Source: Phoronis australis (lineage: Eukaryota > Animalia > Phoronida). Taken from it: 64,000 nt of DNA. Positions within the stretch are counted from its first letter, which is position 1; every line of letters begins with the position of its first letter. The notes under the pieces are model-generated. The model did no database searches. It saw only the letters and a program-made list of their open reading frames with translations, and was not told the origin of the DNA. The DNA is taken from contig NMRA01000705.1 of assembly GCA_002633005.1 (NCBI GenBank), positions 62,001 through 126,000 on the forward strand, written 5' to 3'. The translations under genes were made by a program, and so were the position numbers. Shown one piece after another: positions 40,824-53,945 of this stretch.

Positions 40824-41460
40824 TTCTGTTTGCTTCGTTATTATGAAAATATATTATGTAACATTGTGTCATGTTTACTCAATGATACATTAACATGAAA
40901 ATGAAGACCTACAAGTAGTTGTTTTCTACATGATAATAGTGTTGCAAATCTTGTTCAGATTTGAAATTAAGATTCTCAAGTGCAGACAGGTGTCTATTGC
41001 ACATGAACGCTGGGGTCACCGTAACACCATTTAGATCACTGCATACAACTATACACCAGCGCCACCTTAACACTGTCTAGACTAGTACACGCTACTGTAC
41101 ACCATTTGCATAGATAAAAAGTGACAACATTTAATCTGTACAGACACCTATACAATGACTTAAGAGTATTTTAGGCAAGTAATATTTACAATTATTTACA
41201 TTATGTTTGTGGCAAGATATCACCCTGCTAGGAGTCCAGGCCTCCTGCAATAATCTAGTCTCAAAGACCACTGTTTATTGAAGCAATCTAGAATACTATG
41301 CATTATACTGTATAATAACCATATCATCAATATTATGCACGTTGCTAGGCAAATAAAGGGAAGCACCACATGACAAAAACTACACTAATGTGAGCTTAAT
41401 AATAACAAGTGAATACGATATAAATGTTAAATTATTGTTTGTTGGAGAAGCATGCTGGTC

Positions 41461-43742
41461 TCACACTGTGACTATCGTTTCATTGCCAATGTTCTCGTAT
41501 TCTGTTTTATACATCTGTGGCGCTGTGAAGACGGATTTGGGACCTGGGGCTGAAAAAGATACGGCAATGTTACAATTCACCATAACATGTAGTTCATGAG
41601 CCATTTGCCTCATTTTGTAATCATTTTCAATGGATTACAGTGATCAGCCATGTCATTTTTTCCGAGTAAGTTTACGTTTATTAAAGCTTGGAGTTTAAAA
41701 CTTTCCAAAAATAAAAAAGTGTTAAATACATGGTTACAAACTAGAAAACTTGAAGTACTTACGAGGTAGAATATAAGGTGTGTCCACGGGACAGTAGTAG
41801 ATGTCTCTCATTTTGACATCTGAAGGTTTTGTAAAGTTGTGTGTCACCTCTGACTTCAGTCCCATGTGTGGCACGTGGACCAGCTTGTTGGGGGGTCTGG
41901 GGATGATTGTACGGAACTTGAAGAAGGTTGGGTCTCTCATGGGAAGTCTTTCACGGGGAACTGTGTCCTTGGGGAGTGGGCTGTAATGATCATGGATGTT
42001 ATAAAACAATTGACAATTTAATAACAAGAATAAGTGAAGCTCCCATATGTGGGACATGCATAGTTGGATCTTCCTTGGTAATTGTTAAACCATAACCATC
42101 ATCTGTTTACAGTGACAAAAATATGATTAAAAATCCAAAGCATGTGTACTTTATTACCAGACATGCATGGTGGCTCGTATAAAGCATATTACTTTCTCAA
42201 AAATGAGGCTTCATAATGGCTTCAAAGGTTGCATATTATGGAAGCACGCCACGTTTAATGCTAAGTTGACGCGACATCTTGTCATTAAGTTCAAAACATC
42301 TTGTCACTTACTTTTCATGCAATCCGTGTCCCCAGGCTTTAGTATACTCCTCACACTCCCAGTATGTTGGTACATCTTTCCTCGCTACTCCATCCAAGTC
42401 GTACCTTGACCATGATCGATGATCTTTATTCGTTGTCGTTAAGTACATGTCGTTTAAGTTAAGGACTCCACGATCCCGCACCAGGAACGGACGACCACGC
42501 AGCTTCTCATTCTGGGTTGATGGCACAATATTCTATAATAGAAAAGTATGTAATGCTAATTTCAAGTCAAAAAGTTGATTATATGTGCCATGAACTAAAA
42601 AATTGTCATCAAATTGACTGCTTTCAATCTACTGACAATGCAAGCATACAAGTGCATTGCATGTCTTTCCTTACAGGATATATTTATGTGAAGGTTAGAA
42701 ATGTACATGGCAAACACTCACCTTTGATGGTCCATTTTGATGGTGGTTCCTTAAATTAAATCCTTGAGGACCTGGGTGATTTGTATTTGGCAGACTAAGT
42801 CCTGGTTTTCCACTATATTCGTCCTGTTGTTCAGTGAGCTGGTTGCCCATTGTCAAAGGCTTCCTCCAACCACCTTTACCAAGCTAGATCAGAGAACATA
42901 AACACGTTAACATCTAACCAGAACACACATTTAAAATTAATAAAATTAAAAAGCACTTGTTCAAGATTCAGTAAAATGAATGACAACACTTAAGTTCGTT
43001 AGCGCTCTAGTGTCCACTCAGCTCTACATTAAAAGTGCAACACTTTTTCAAGGTTTCACTTAAAAATACCAGGTGCTTATTTATGCTTACCTTCTCAGCA
43101 AAATCTTTCGTATAATTAACTTTCCAGTGTCCTGGTGCTTTGAAGTGTTGAGGTTCTTTGTAAGGGTCCTGGTGGAACTTTTTATCATGAAACAACCCTG
43201 TTGTTGTCTCGAAGCGTTGGTCATTGGTGATTTCATCAGTCTTTGCAAGAGGAGGTGGCAGTGGTTCTCTCAAAATTGACTAAAATGGAATGAAAACAAT
43301 ATAGTAGGATGTTTTCACTTATTGCAGTACACACGTTCTTAGATAGTGACCACCGTCTTTAGTTGAACTACACTGCTCTCAGTACCCAGCTAGAGACGGT
43401 GGTCACTGTCTACTAAAGTTCTTAGCCTTTGTAGCAGGCACAAAACTGAATAAATGCATTCGATCAGAGTACACAGTAAACTGGCTAAAACTGTCTAGTG
43501 AAAATGTCCTGTTACTTTGATACCGTTATACATCAGTAGATAGATATTTTCAATTGTCATAATTGCAGTATATTTGATGGGGCGTAACTCACTTGGAACT
43601 TTGCACTCGGGAAATGGAAACCCGGCCGCAGGTGGTGTCCTACTCCTGTACTCGTCTGAAATGTGTCTTGCCTTTGCCCCGGTGTTAGACTCGAGCCCAT
43701 CTGGGTTGCCATTGTATTCATTCCACACGAATACGTGTTCAT
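41461..43742 (-). CDS. SAXO3: Axonemal microtubule-associated protein, SAXO3-like (~342 aa, 6 exons)
   Basis: Exons (minus): 43742-43593, 43279-43091, 42883-42722, 42532-42312, 41980-41763, 41549-41461, with compatible GT-AG phases. Segments FQTSTGVGH, HHQNGPSKNIVPSTQNEKLRGRPFLVRDRGVL...YLTTTNKDH, VPHMG, YCPVDTPY and APQMYKTEY resemble vertebrate SAXO3 as I recall it. The start could be a downstream Met. Confidence 0.75.
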
Positions 43743-43806
43743 CTTGTCGCTTCACTATGATCTCTGTTGTTGATTACCCGACACAGCGCAGTCAAACATG
43801 TGTTTG

Positions 43807-43821
43807 GTTGTCATGAGAAAC
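43807..43821. promoter_or_regulatory. RFX X-box upstream of the SAXO3-like gene
   Basis: GTTGTC-ATG-AGAAAC, about 65 bp upstream of the ATG, loosely fits the GTNRCC-N0-3-RGYAAC X-box typical of ciliary genes. Confidence 0.6.
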
Positions 43822-43853
43822 ACAAAGACGCGGTGCATTCTGGGACACCATTT

Positions 43854-43865
43854 AGTCACGTGACT
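43854..43865. promoter_or_regulatory. Extended palindromic E-box (USF/MiT-TFE type)
   Basis: Perfect palindrome AGTCACGTGACT in the divergent promoter. Confidence 0.5.
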
Positions 43866-44257
43866 TCGAAGTGTTTGTTTTTGTTCTAAGATCAATAAAC
43901 TGTTATCGTTAAGTGAATTTCCTATTGTGTCACTAGTCAGAAATATGGTGTTTTGAGTCACCATACACCGAAGAATGTCATTTTCAAACGATACTAAAAA
44001 TTCGAATGACTGTTAGGGCCCCGTTCATTATGGTCTATACGATGTCAATGGCATCCAATTTTTCCAACGGTCTCTCATTTTCTTATTCTGTTGTTCGCTA
44101 TGGTCTTCCCTTTCTAACTCACTCCGTGTGATTTTTTTCTTTTTTTGAAGGTTGAAATAGGAAATTACACAATTCTTTAATAGGTAGACTGCGGTAATGC
44201 TATATTTAGCTCATTCATTTGTGTGTTTCTATTTTTAGCAATTGCCAAGCACTTTGC

Positions 44258-44281
44258 TGACGTCAATCACAATTTACGTCA
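44258..44281. promoter_or_regulatory. CRE/ATF sites upstream of the putative non-coding first exon of the MVP-like gene
   Basis: TGACGTCA (44258-44265) and TTACGTCA (44274-44281). The donor AG|GTATGT after 44397 suggests a 5' UTR exon spliced to the acceptor at 45278. Confidence 0.45.
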
Positions 44282-45278
44282 GATGTAGAACACGGAACAA
44301 TATGCATCGAACGATGGAGTTCCGCTGACGTTGTGCACGATAATCACACTAGGCTAAAACATCTCAGCATTTCAGTTAACTGTGTTAGCTCAGCAAGGTA
44401 TGTATATATATTTTATTGTAGTTGTCCCGGCCTAATAGTTGTAAAATCGTACAATAGGCCTACAATTGCGTAGGTTAACTCTGGACCAGACGGCTCCCAC
44501 CTACTACCCAGTCTCAGTGGCCAATGGCAATTTCCTGAAATTTATTAGATAGTCCTATATACTTACCTCAATGCATCTAGCTGGCCCCCCTCTGCATCTT
44601 GTCATAAACTGCCTCCAAAGCTCAACAAATTCAAGCTCACCCATCAATATATAAGTTTTTGGTCCTTCACTCTAGTTGCAATCCTAGCAATTTATTAGCT
44701 CGGCCATAAAATCATGTGTTGACTAGGACATCTTCTTACAGCCAAGGTATAGTATCAGTAAGTAAGTTAAACATTTCTTTTAAATCGGTGTAGGTAGATA
44801 CAAGAAAAGAAAATGTACCAATGTGATTTCTTACCTAACAGGATTTTGCCAAAAATATACAAATGCTATAGCTGGAAGGTCAACTGACCTAAAGGCTAAA
44901 GAAGCTGAGCCGATGTTTTAGAACAGCATGATAGGCTATGGAGAGGCTTCTTAGATTTAACTTCTATCATAAAGACTGTTCATTGATAGTTCATGACTGT
45001 TAAGTTTGTGGTTTTCAGTATTTACGTGCACCCAAAAATTGTTTTTGGATCCTGGAAATAAATATTAGTTAGTTTTTTACTTTTCAATTCGTGTGGATTG
45101 CTGACCTACCTGCCACCTATAATAGTATAGGCTGAGTAGGTTGGTCTGTCTAAGTGAGTAAATATTAACCATGTGTTCCCTAACAAATCCTGCTTTCTCC
45201 CATGTCAGTTTTATGTAAGTCATTTCTTTTAGTGATGTTTCAGTAACAAACCAGTAATAAAAGTTCTTGTATTCCAGA

Positions 45279-48200
45279 ATGAAATTTAAAACAGTACGTG
45301 AGGGAGAACAAGCTGTCTTGTTCAACAATTTGGGAGAAGGCCGCCTCATTATTGGGCCTCAAAGGGTGAGTCATTATACTTTAGCCTTTGGTTGCGGTGG
45401 CAACCATCTAAATCATATGCTAATAGAATGGTGTTTGGATAGGATGTTGCTTCAAACTAGCTACATACAATGAGTTACCCTATTACTGAAACTGGCAAGC
45501 TCACCTTCTGTGCCTGGGGGGGGGTATACTTACTTAAGGATGCATGTGGGACATGCGATTGGATATCCCTATGAAAGAGTGACTTTCCAACATAATTTCC
45601 TACAGAAAGAATTTACTTCAGTGGTTAGGAATTCTTCAAAATTGTCTGATTTTACAACAGGACTCTATAGAATGGTTTCACAATATATTTGTGCGTTGAT
45701 ACCCTTACAAAATGAAAACATAGGAACAACCTCTATGTAAGGGTGCAGGTTTTCATAGAGACTGGAAAGGGTCAGTTGGCTTGTATCGTTTTTTGTCGTT
45801 TAAAATCTCTAAGAGGGTGGGTATCTTAATTTCCCGGTGGAACATCCATGGTTATCAAAAATTGCTGGAGAACCTCCCCCATATGTCGTTCATAACATTA
45901 TCAGGTGTCCTATTCTTGTGAACTAGCAAATTGTTCATTATTACTTTTCCAGGTATTTTTGTGCTTTGACAGACTTGAATTCCTTAAAAGGTACACAGCA
46001 GACCAATTCCAATACCTGGCAGTGAAAGATAACCTCGGACGATTGCAACATCAACCAGGGTTTGTTATTTTACTCTGACTAGTAATAACAGCTTTTCATG
46101 TTTTTGCATAAAATTTCTGGCTAAGCCCCCTCAGAGGCAATTTATTTTGGTAATGATGGACAATTTCAGGTACTGTTACTCCCACTAGTGGCAATTTAAG
46201 TTTCTGACTTTGTCTCAATGTCTAAGTTTGCTGAAGGATCTTTATGAAGTTTGACAGATAAATCTTTGCTCAAGAAAGAATCACACTTGCCCATTTTGGA
46301 CAGTTTTAACATGTGCTATGCTCCCCCTAGTGACAATTTAGTTTAGCATCCACTTTTGGTATCTCCCTCTCTATCTGCCAAACCTGTCAATGAATCATCA
46401 TTGCACCTGAATTTCTAAAGTGACCATGACTTGCCTCGATTCTTGAATGTGCCTGACTGCTGCAATACCTCCTAATGGTAATTTTAGTGTTCTTTGCAGC
46501 AATTGTCAATATCTTTCATTACTGTGTTTGCCAGTTTTCAGATTACTAGCTCTTTACCCTGTAGACTCAAGTTTACTAGTATTGCTAACTGTAGTTTGTG
46601 TAAATGTGTGAAAAATTAGCTCTCCTTTTATCTTTGCGATATGCGATGCACACAGTAGGCTCATATCAACATCCATCCGTCATTGCTCGTATCTTTTAGT
46701 GAGATATTGCACACATTAAGTTTATTTTTTGCGCACACTGTATCATATCCTAAAATGAAGAATATATTCTGTTATGTAGTTATGTGCATATTCAGTTGGT
46801 TTCAGTGTTTGAGTATTTGTGTTGCAGGCCATGTGAAATGTTCTTGAATCCTATGGAGAATGTGTCCATCAAAGTGTGCCAAGCGATTAAAATCAAAAGT
46901 AACCATGAGATAATTGTTTACAAGGCTTGTGGCGACGATAAACAAGAGAGAAGGATTGTGCAGGGGCCAAGGATATTCATTCCGAAAGCTGAGGAATGGT
47001 GTGTACGCTTGTGTTTAACAGCTGCTGCACCGGTCAAAGGATTTGCAATGTAAAGCAGCATTGAATTAAACCTTCTCGAGTCAAATTGGATGTTTTGTCT
47101 TAATGTAAACATACAGATTAACCCCATGTTCATGTAAACACTCACCCCCTACTTTTGAACATCACTCAATACTTGAAAACCAAAATATATTGCTAGGTCA
47201 TGTTCATATATTAGTTGATATCCACGGACTGTGAATGTGTCTGCAGGTTACATCAGTTCTCATGGCACGGCCCTGACCCCAAGGAGGAGGGGCGGTTCAT
47301 TCCTGGATCAAACACCTTTGTACAGCTGTCAACAATGCCCTCTCACTTCTTCTACAACGTAAGTTCTTCAACAGTTTGAATTCAAAATCCCCCAAATACC
47401 CGCTTGTTGATTTAGAAACAGAAATGCTTGAACAGCTTTTTACATATTTCTAAAATATTAAACGCAAAATATGTTTGTGGGGATGAAATCTGAATATTAA
47501 GCTTTAACCCTGTGATAATGTTTTTTTCTTACCAAACAACAAACCTTTTTTGTTTTTCCGCAGGTTATAATTTCTTGTTTTGGTGTACATTATTTTATTA
47601 CTGTGACCAATTATGTCAAACTCGTTAAAAATACTTGCAAGTGCAGAATCAGTTTGCTGAACATTGGTGACTTCTCTGTTCAAAAACTATACATGCTCCT
47701 CACATGTTACTGTCCATTACAGTTGATTGATTACCTGCTTCCATTTGTTACAGGTGAGTGAGGTGAGGACAAGCGATGAGAACATGCTCACAGTGAAGCT
47801 GGCCATATTCTATGAACTCACTGATGTCATTACTATGGTAGGTAAACATGCTGAAGACAATCCCAGACACGAGTTGTGCCATTGAGTGTGTGCCGCTTTT
47901 TGGCAATACAGGGTCTGTACTAGGTAAATGAAGAAGGGAAATGGCCGAATTGCAATGACTGCTGCAGGAGTCACCACTGATCCACATCTATTAATCAATT
48001 GTTGGTTCATGAGGCCAGTTTAAAAAAATGATTGCAGGCAGTCTGGTATACAATTTACATTGTATCAGACGTGCAGAGGCCATTTGGGTGGTCCCTTTGG
48101 ACTGATCACCTGGAACCATTTTTATGCTTATTAATGATATATAGTTAAAAGCTAACTGAGGAGCTAGAGACCTGACTCAAGGGTCTAGTAAGGTGTCCCA

Positions 48201-51200
48201 GTGGGATTCGAACCCACGAATTGAGTAAAGGAAATGGCCACCTATCCCACAAGAACACACTGCCTTTCATGTTGCCGGCTGGTGCAGATCTATATGGTAG
48301 TCTATGAGCTGCCACGTTAGTCTGAGGATCTATTTCTATCTTGGGTTTGACTTCTCTAGTCATATTTTAAGGATGTCTATCCTGATCTTTCCGTTTTAAG
48401 CCTTTTAATTCAATAGACGACAGTTGTGCACACATTATGTTGGCCACAAGTTGACATTGCTGTTTTTAACAAGTCACAAGCTATTATTAATAATGCTTAG
48501 TATCCACTGGAGTTACGTGCAATGTTTTCTGGTATTAAATTATTATATCTTTTGTATCCTATTTCAGTTGGAAACTATATTATATCTTTTGTATCCTATT
48601 TCAGTTGGAAACTACCCATGATCCTATAGTTGACTTGCTCAAGTGAGTATTAGTTCATCAAAGTTAAAGCTGCTTGAAAGCTGTCTTCTTTCAATGTCAA
48701 TATTTTGCATTAGGCCACACTTTGTTATAATGTGATCTCAATTTTATCCTTACTTAATTAGAGGTGATTTCTGGATTTTGAAAGACCTGATGGTGCTTGA
48801 GACCAGGCTCTGTCACAGTGGGACACTGTATGTTTGAGTATGGTTTCAATTGTCACAGTAAGACATTGTATGTTTTGAGTATGGTTTCAGTTGTCACAGT
48901 TAGGACATTGTATGTTTTGAGCATGGTTTCAATTGTCTCAGTAGGACATTGTATGTTTGAATATGGTTTCAATTGTCAGTCCTTTGTAAGGTCAGAGATA
49001 TTTTTTCTTTGAGTCAGAAACTAGTTGAAACCAAACAACGAGTTGTTTAAGTTAATAGTTATTATGGTCCCACTTCCAAGTATTCACATACTTCATGACA
49101 AAGGACACTATCTGCCATGTAAGTCCTTTTCGAAGTGGCCGTCTCTTAAGTGTTAATAGGAGTAATATTGAAAAATTAAAAAGAGCACACAGATTCAGCA
49201 TGCACGTAACAGGCTCACAACCAGTGTAGCTGTAATGTTTTTCAACTTTACGTTAGGAGAACTAATTCAAGTTCTAAAGTTATCACCTCAAGTTTCCACA
49301 GTAATATACCCTGTTATGTTTTGGATGGAAGTCAGTCTTTTTGTCCTGCTAAATTGTTACCAGCTTCTTTTTATCTTAATCAAGTTGATTTTTTAGTTTC
49401 CAAAAGCATGAGAAGTCTAAATTTAATTTCAAAGTGCCCTGTTACGAGTGTTATTGTCAGTCTATAGTCTATCCCCTCTGCTGTTGGGGAACTGTTTTGT
49501 TTACTTTGCATGTTGTATATATTTCAGTGCGCTCTGTGCTGATGTCATCTCATTTGCTGGAAAAATAACGTGAGTCATCGGTCGTGACTGATTTAATGAT
49601 TGAAAAGATTAATTACTAATTTACTATTAGTATTACTGTTAAATAAATATTAATTAATTCAGCAAATAGCACCATTTCCATTCTGTCTACAGACTTCTAC
49701 AGATATTGTATGGTGCTATCTATAACTGGAAACTAGGAAATTTTCTACAGGTGAAGTCTCCAAATTTAGGGACTCGTAATGCAATATTGCGGTGATAGAC
49801 CATCCTCAGTAGCCAGTACACCTACTTGGGACAGTCAAAATTTTTGAGCACATCAAAGTTAAGATAAACGCATCTCTAATTCACTAAACATAGTTCTACT
49901 AACAGGCCAGATGTAACTACTATGATGTTAATTAATTGCCTACACAAGACGAGCAGATAATTGCTTAATATTCAAATTGGTGATGATGATGTGTTAGTAG
50001 TACCTGGTGTTGTGCATCAAAGCCGTTTTATTGATGTGTTACGTAACAGTGCCTCGCTCAACCAGGAGTGATGTGCTGAAGAGAATTTCCTATAGGAGAG
50101 TCTTACTGGCATTTTGTATTGCCAGAGTTATGGTCACCCTTACCAGTACTGCAGTATGCATTATGGGCAGTGAGACCAATGTTTATTTGGTGTCCTGATT
50201 TCAGTTATGAGTGTTTCTTGAGTCAGACAGACAAGCTGAGTGATCTGAGGATGTATAACCAGCTAGTGCAGCGAGCAGCTAGGATGGGCTTTGATATACA
50301 GAAGGTTGCCTATAGAGGTTATGAGGCCTCCAGTCAGATGCAGGTTTGTATACAGTGTGGGGGTACTTCCACTCATGTGGTCTGCAGTGACTTTCCCACT
50401 AGTCAGGGTGATGGGCTGAACAAAAAAGTGCTTGGGTTTGAGTTCAACAAGAAATCTGTGAGATTGAGTTCAGCAGTTTAAACTTGATGGCAACTCAGTG
50501 CGATTCAAAGCTGCTTAGAGTCAAACAACATGCTTTTGATTTAGACCATTCGCAGATGTGAAATTGGTATCAAACTGTTAGTGGCTTGGACTAGTACTGA
50601 TATCTCGACTTGGGAAGAACTGACTGTTCATTATTACTCGAGACAGCTGACTCACAATGCTATCTATTACACACTCTTTAGACATCATTCCTAGGCAGCC
50701 AACTCGACCTGATAGTGTTAGCTATTATGTGTGGGAGGTCCAGTAGTCCCTGTAACTGACTGTTGTTCAATGCTCAGCACATCAACATGTGCATTTGTTT
50801 GTCATTTCTTTTGTGTGGATGATTCTGGGAATGACCTACTTATTGTCTGGGAATGATGTCAGCAGCAAGGCCTGTACTTGCACACATAGGCCACTGAATT
50901 TTGAGTGACTTGGTGGAAAGTGCTTTCAATCCTGTTCAATGGTGATGTCATAAAAAAATTGTCGTAGACAAGTTTCTGCGAAAGTGACGTTGCATTTGTT
51001 TGGTAAAAATGAACTATAGCTAGTGACTTAAGCATGTATTTCACATTCAAGTTGAACGCTTGCCTTTATTAGCTGCATTTAGTACTTTATGAATTGTTTG
51101 GCAGTAAAAATTGAAAGATACGACTGTGTTGGCTATGGCGGTGCTTATAATCATTGATAAAACAGGCTGCAGGAGGACGCCATAAAACACGGAAGTGACA

Positions 51201-53302
51201 TTGCAGTGAATGTAAAATGTAAAAGCAGAACAGTGGTAATCTATTTTAACTCCTACAGGCCATGCATGATGCATCTACTCGGTCACGCACTCAGCTACGT
51301 CTGGACAGTGAGGTGCAAGAACAACAGCAGAGGCTGACTGACTTCAAACTGCGCAAAGAACAGGCACGCACTGAGAAACGTAAGATACAAAGTCTTCAGT
51401 GGTGAAATGAAGTAAAGTTGTAATGAATTATGGAATCATCCTGGCTTTGAAGGTCCTCTGCAACTACTGCCCCTGGTTTTTGTGTATATTTAGGTGATCC
51501 AGAATCGTAGACATTTCACATGCTTAGGAAGCTTCGCATCGTTAACGTCGTGTCTTATCCAGGTGACTCTCGTCACTTTTACTCATCATATAATGAAGTC
51601 GTTTCACCATGTCTTTGTCAAAGTTGGCAAATTTCTGTTTGTCTTGCTTCATTTCTTGCTTGAAACAAGTTGTGGAGAAAGTATATTGCAATTGGCAGGA
51701 ATGTGAGTCATAGCTCTGAAACTTGATTGGTCAGCTTGATTGAGTCGTACACCTGGTGCAGCTCTGGGGGAACTAAATGGAAAACAGAACTCCACTTTCA
51801 TGCACCTCTCACTGTAAAACTAGTTATTAGTTGACTTTGGGCTGAAGGATATAGTGCCTACTACTAGGATCCAAGCAGTGCTCTATAACACATATCTGAT
51901 GCATTCAAAACATGATGGAACATCTTGAGCATAGAGACACTTCTCCATCTTGGGTGATAAGATTTGAGCATAGGGACAGTTCTCCATCTTGGGTGATAAG
52001 ATTAAGCCTTAGGAGAGCATGAAAACCTCTTTCACTTCATCCATTTTCAAATCATGGTGACTAAGATGTGAGTTTACAGTTATTATGCAGTAATACAATT
52101 TACAGGATTTCATCTACAGTGCTGCCGTCATTTTTCTAATGCATTGTGGGGCAGTTGCTGGTTTATAACCATCTGGTAGCATCAAAGATAAATTGGTGGT
52201 GTAAAAATATGAGGGACTACAACACTTGTCACTTGAACACTTGAGACGGAAAGTACAGCACTACTGCATCATACGTTTTGCTGCAAGTAAGATTATGCTA
52301 ACATGATGCAGAAAGATTGAATGTGAACCACAAAATACATCCCATTAAAACATAGATTAGCAAATCAATGCACGAATGATTCTTAAGGCACATGCAACCC
52401 GATAACCTTGTAGTTAAATCTTTTTAAACACACACTATGAATCAGGTTTCTCGTCCCCAAGTTATCTGTGATGTCATCGAATGCTTACGAGCAGAAAAGA
52501 TCCCACAATGCATTTGAAAAGTGACGGCAACACTGTACCATTTCATCGAATAAGAACAATAGGGTCTCCCTGCCTTGTCTGCACTCAAGTATTGTACTTT
52601 TATAACCCACTTACAAAATCAAGCGTTATGACTATTCTTGAGGCAAATCTTGGCTATGAATTAGGCATTTGTGCCACCAAGATTTAGTTTTCAGAACGTT
52701 TGTGCTATTTTTAGTAGTTCTGGGCTTTTTGTGTTCTTTGGTAGTTTGAATGTTTTTCTTGTGTTGTTACGTTGTCAGTTTGTAGCTTTATGTTACATCA
52801 CATTTTTCTTTGTGTCAGGTCAAGAAATGGAGAAGAGACGTGAGGACCACCGTCATGGAGTGGAAGAACTTGAGCAGAGTCATCGCCTGTATATGGAAGA
52901 GAAGGAACATAGTGAACTATTGACTGTACACAACTGGGAGAGAGAAATGAAGCTAGGTAAGGTATTATTAAAATAGTTGGTGCTTAAACTTAGTTTACTG
53001 TTTGTAGACTGAGGTAAAGGACATGTTTAACTGTTTATAGTAAACAACTGGGAGAGGTGAAACTATGTGCAAGGTGTTGTGTTCTGTGCTGTTTAGAGTA
53101 AACTGAATTTGGGGGTTTTGCTAGTGCCAGGTCTGTCTGATCGCATCCTGTGTTAATTTCAGAGCAAGAAAGGCTCAAGAATGAGGAGAAGGTGATGTTC
53201 TTAGCAAGACTGAAGGAGATGGGTGTTGATATGACCAAGTACTTGTTACAAACACAGCCAAGCCCAGTACACCAGGAGTACAGGCTTGTCACTCAAGTCT
53301 AA
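45279..53302 (+). CDS. Short major-vault-protein-like / SPFH-shoulder coiled-coil protein (392 aa, 11 coding exons)
   Basis: Exons: 45279-45365, 45953-46059, 46828-46998, 47247-47358, 47754-47837, 48605-48642, 49528-49569, 50205-50343, 51259-51379, 52819-52956, 53163-53302; total 1179 nt, open frame, all GT-AG. Three xxxGP beta-repeats (RLIIGP, QHQPGP, RRIVQGP..F.P..EEW), then PSHFFYNVSEVRTSDENMLTVKLAIFYEL...THDPIVDLLNALCADV (SPFH/shoulder-like), then a charged coiled coil and a LKEMGVDMTKYL tail. Confidence 0.88.
48810..48980. repeat. Tandem repeat, ~40-bp unit, about 4 copies
   Basis: gtcacagtaggacattgtatgt(t)ttgagtatggtttcaatt repeated. Confidence 0.85.
51924..52003. repeat. 39-bp tandem duplication
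   Basis: ttgagcatag(a/g)gaca(c/g)ttctccatcttgggtgataagat twice. Confidence 0.85.
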
Positions 53303-53945
53303 TGGAGCTTTTGTCAGCAGTGCTGGCTCACTGCTACTGTGTGATCAGGAGTATTCTCTCATTTATTTTTACTTGTGTGATGGAGCTATACACCAAGATT
53401 GCTGAGTCATTGCATACAGTCACTCATTCCTCCAGCACAGTGTACCTTTACACCGGAGTACCAAGTAATTGTATGACCACGTGGCTTCAAGGTGATTGGG
53501 CTCTACATCAGGAGTGCTGATTCATTGCATGGCCTCCAGTATAGTTTGTGTTTACACAAGAGTACTGACTCATTACTATAGTGATGGGTTTTACCCAAAC
53601 AATACTTTCATTATTTGAGTGTATTGGTGCTTGACGATATATGTTTACAGAGTTCACCCTTTCACTAAGCTGCTTTTAGACAGCCCACTGTCATCTCTAT
53701 TGTATCCCAAAGTTATCTGTTAAAGTTTAATAGTGAAAATAGTCTGATTTATTCCCTAAAAATGGAAATGTGATGTTCACCAAGTTTACAGTAAAATGTT
53801 TTTTTTTTGTGATTCGAACACTGATTTATTCTAGTACTTTTCAATACTCAAACTAAGATTTATAATTGCTTGCTAGCCACATGCAACCTGGCAAAATCCC
53901 CTAGTCACTAAATGAGAGATGAGATCTCCAAAACAAGGAGACCTG

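Noticed and set aside
43495-43755. Track ORF MKRQDEH... as first exon of the minus-strand gene
   Set aside because: It uses a GTG start and is out of phase with exon 2; the 43742 frame splices correctly.
48190-48222. gtgggattcgaacccac B-box hairpin
   Set aside because: Isolated T-arm-like fragment, likely a SINE remnant rather than a tRNA or vault RNA; no A-box or terminator could be identified.
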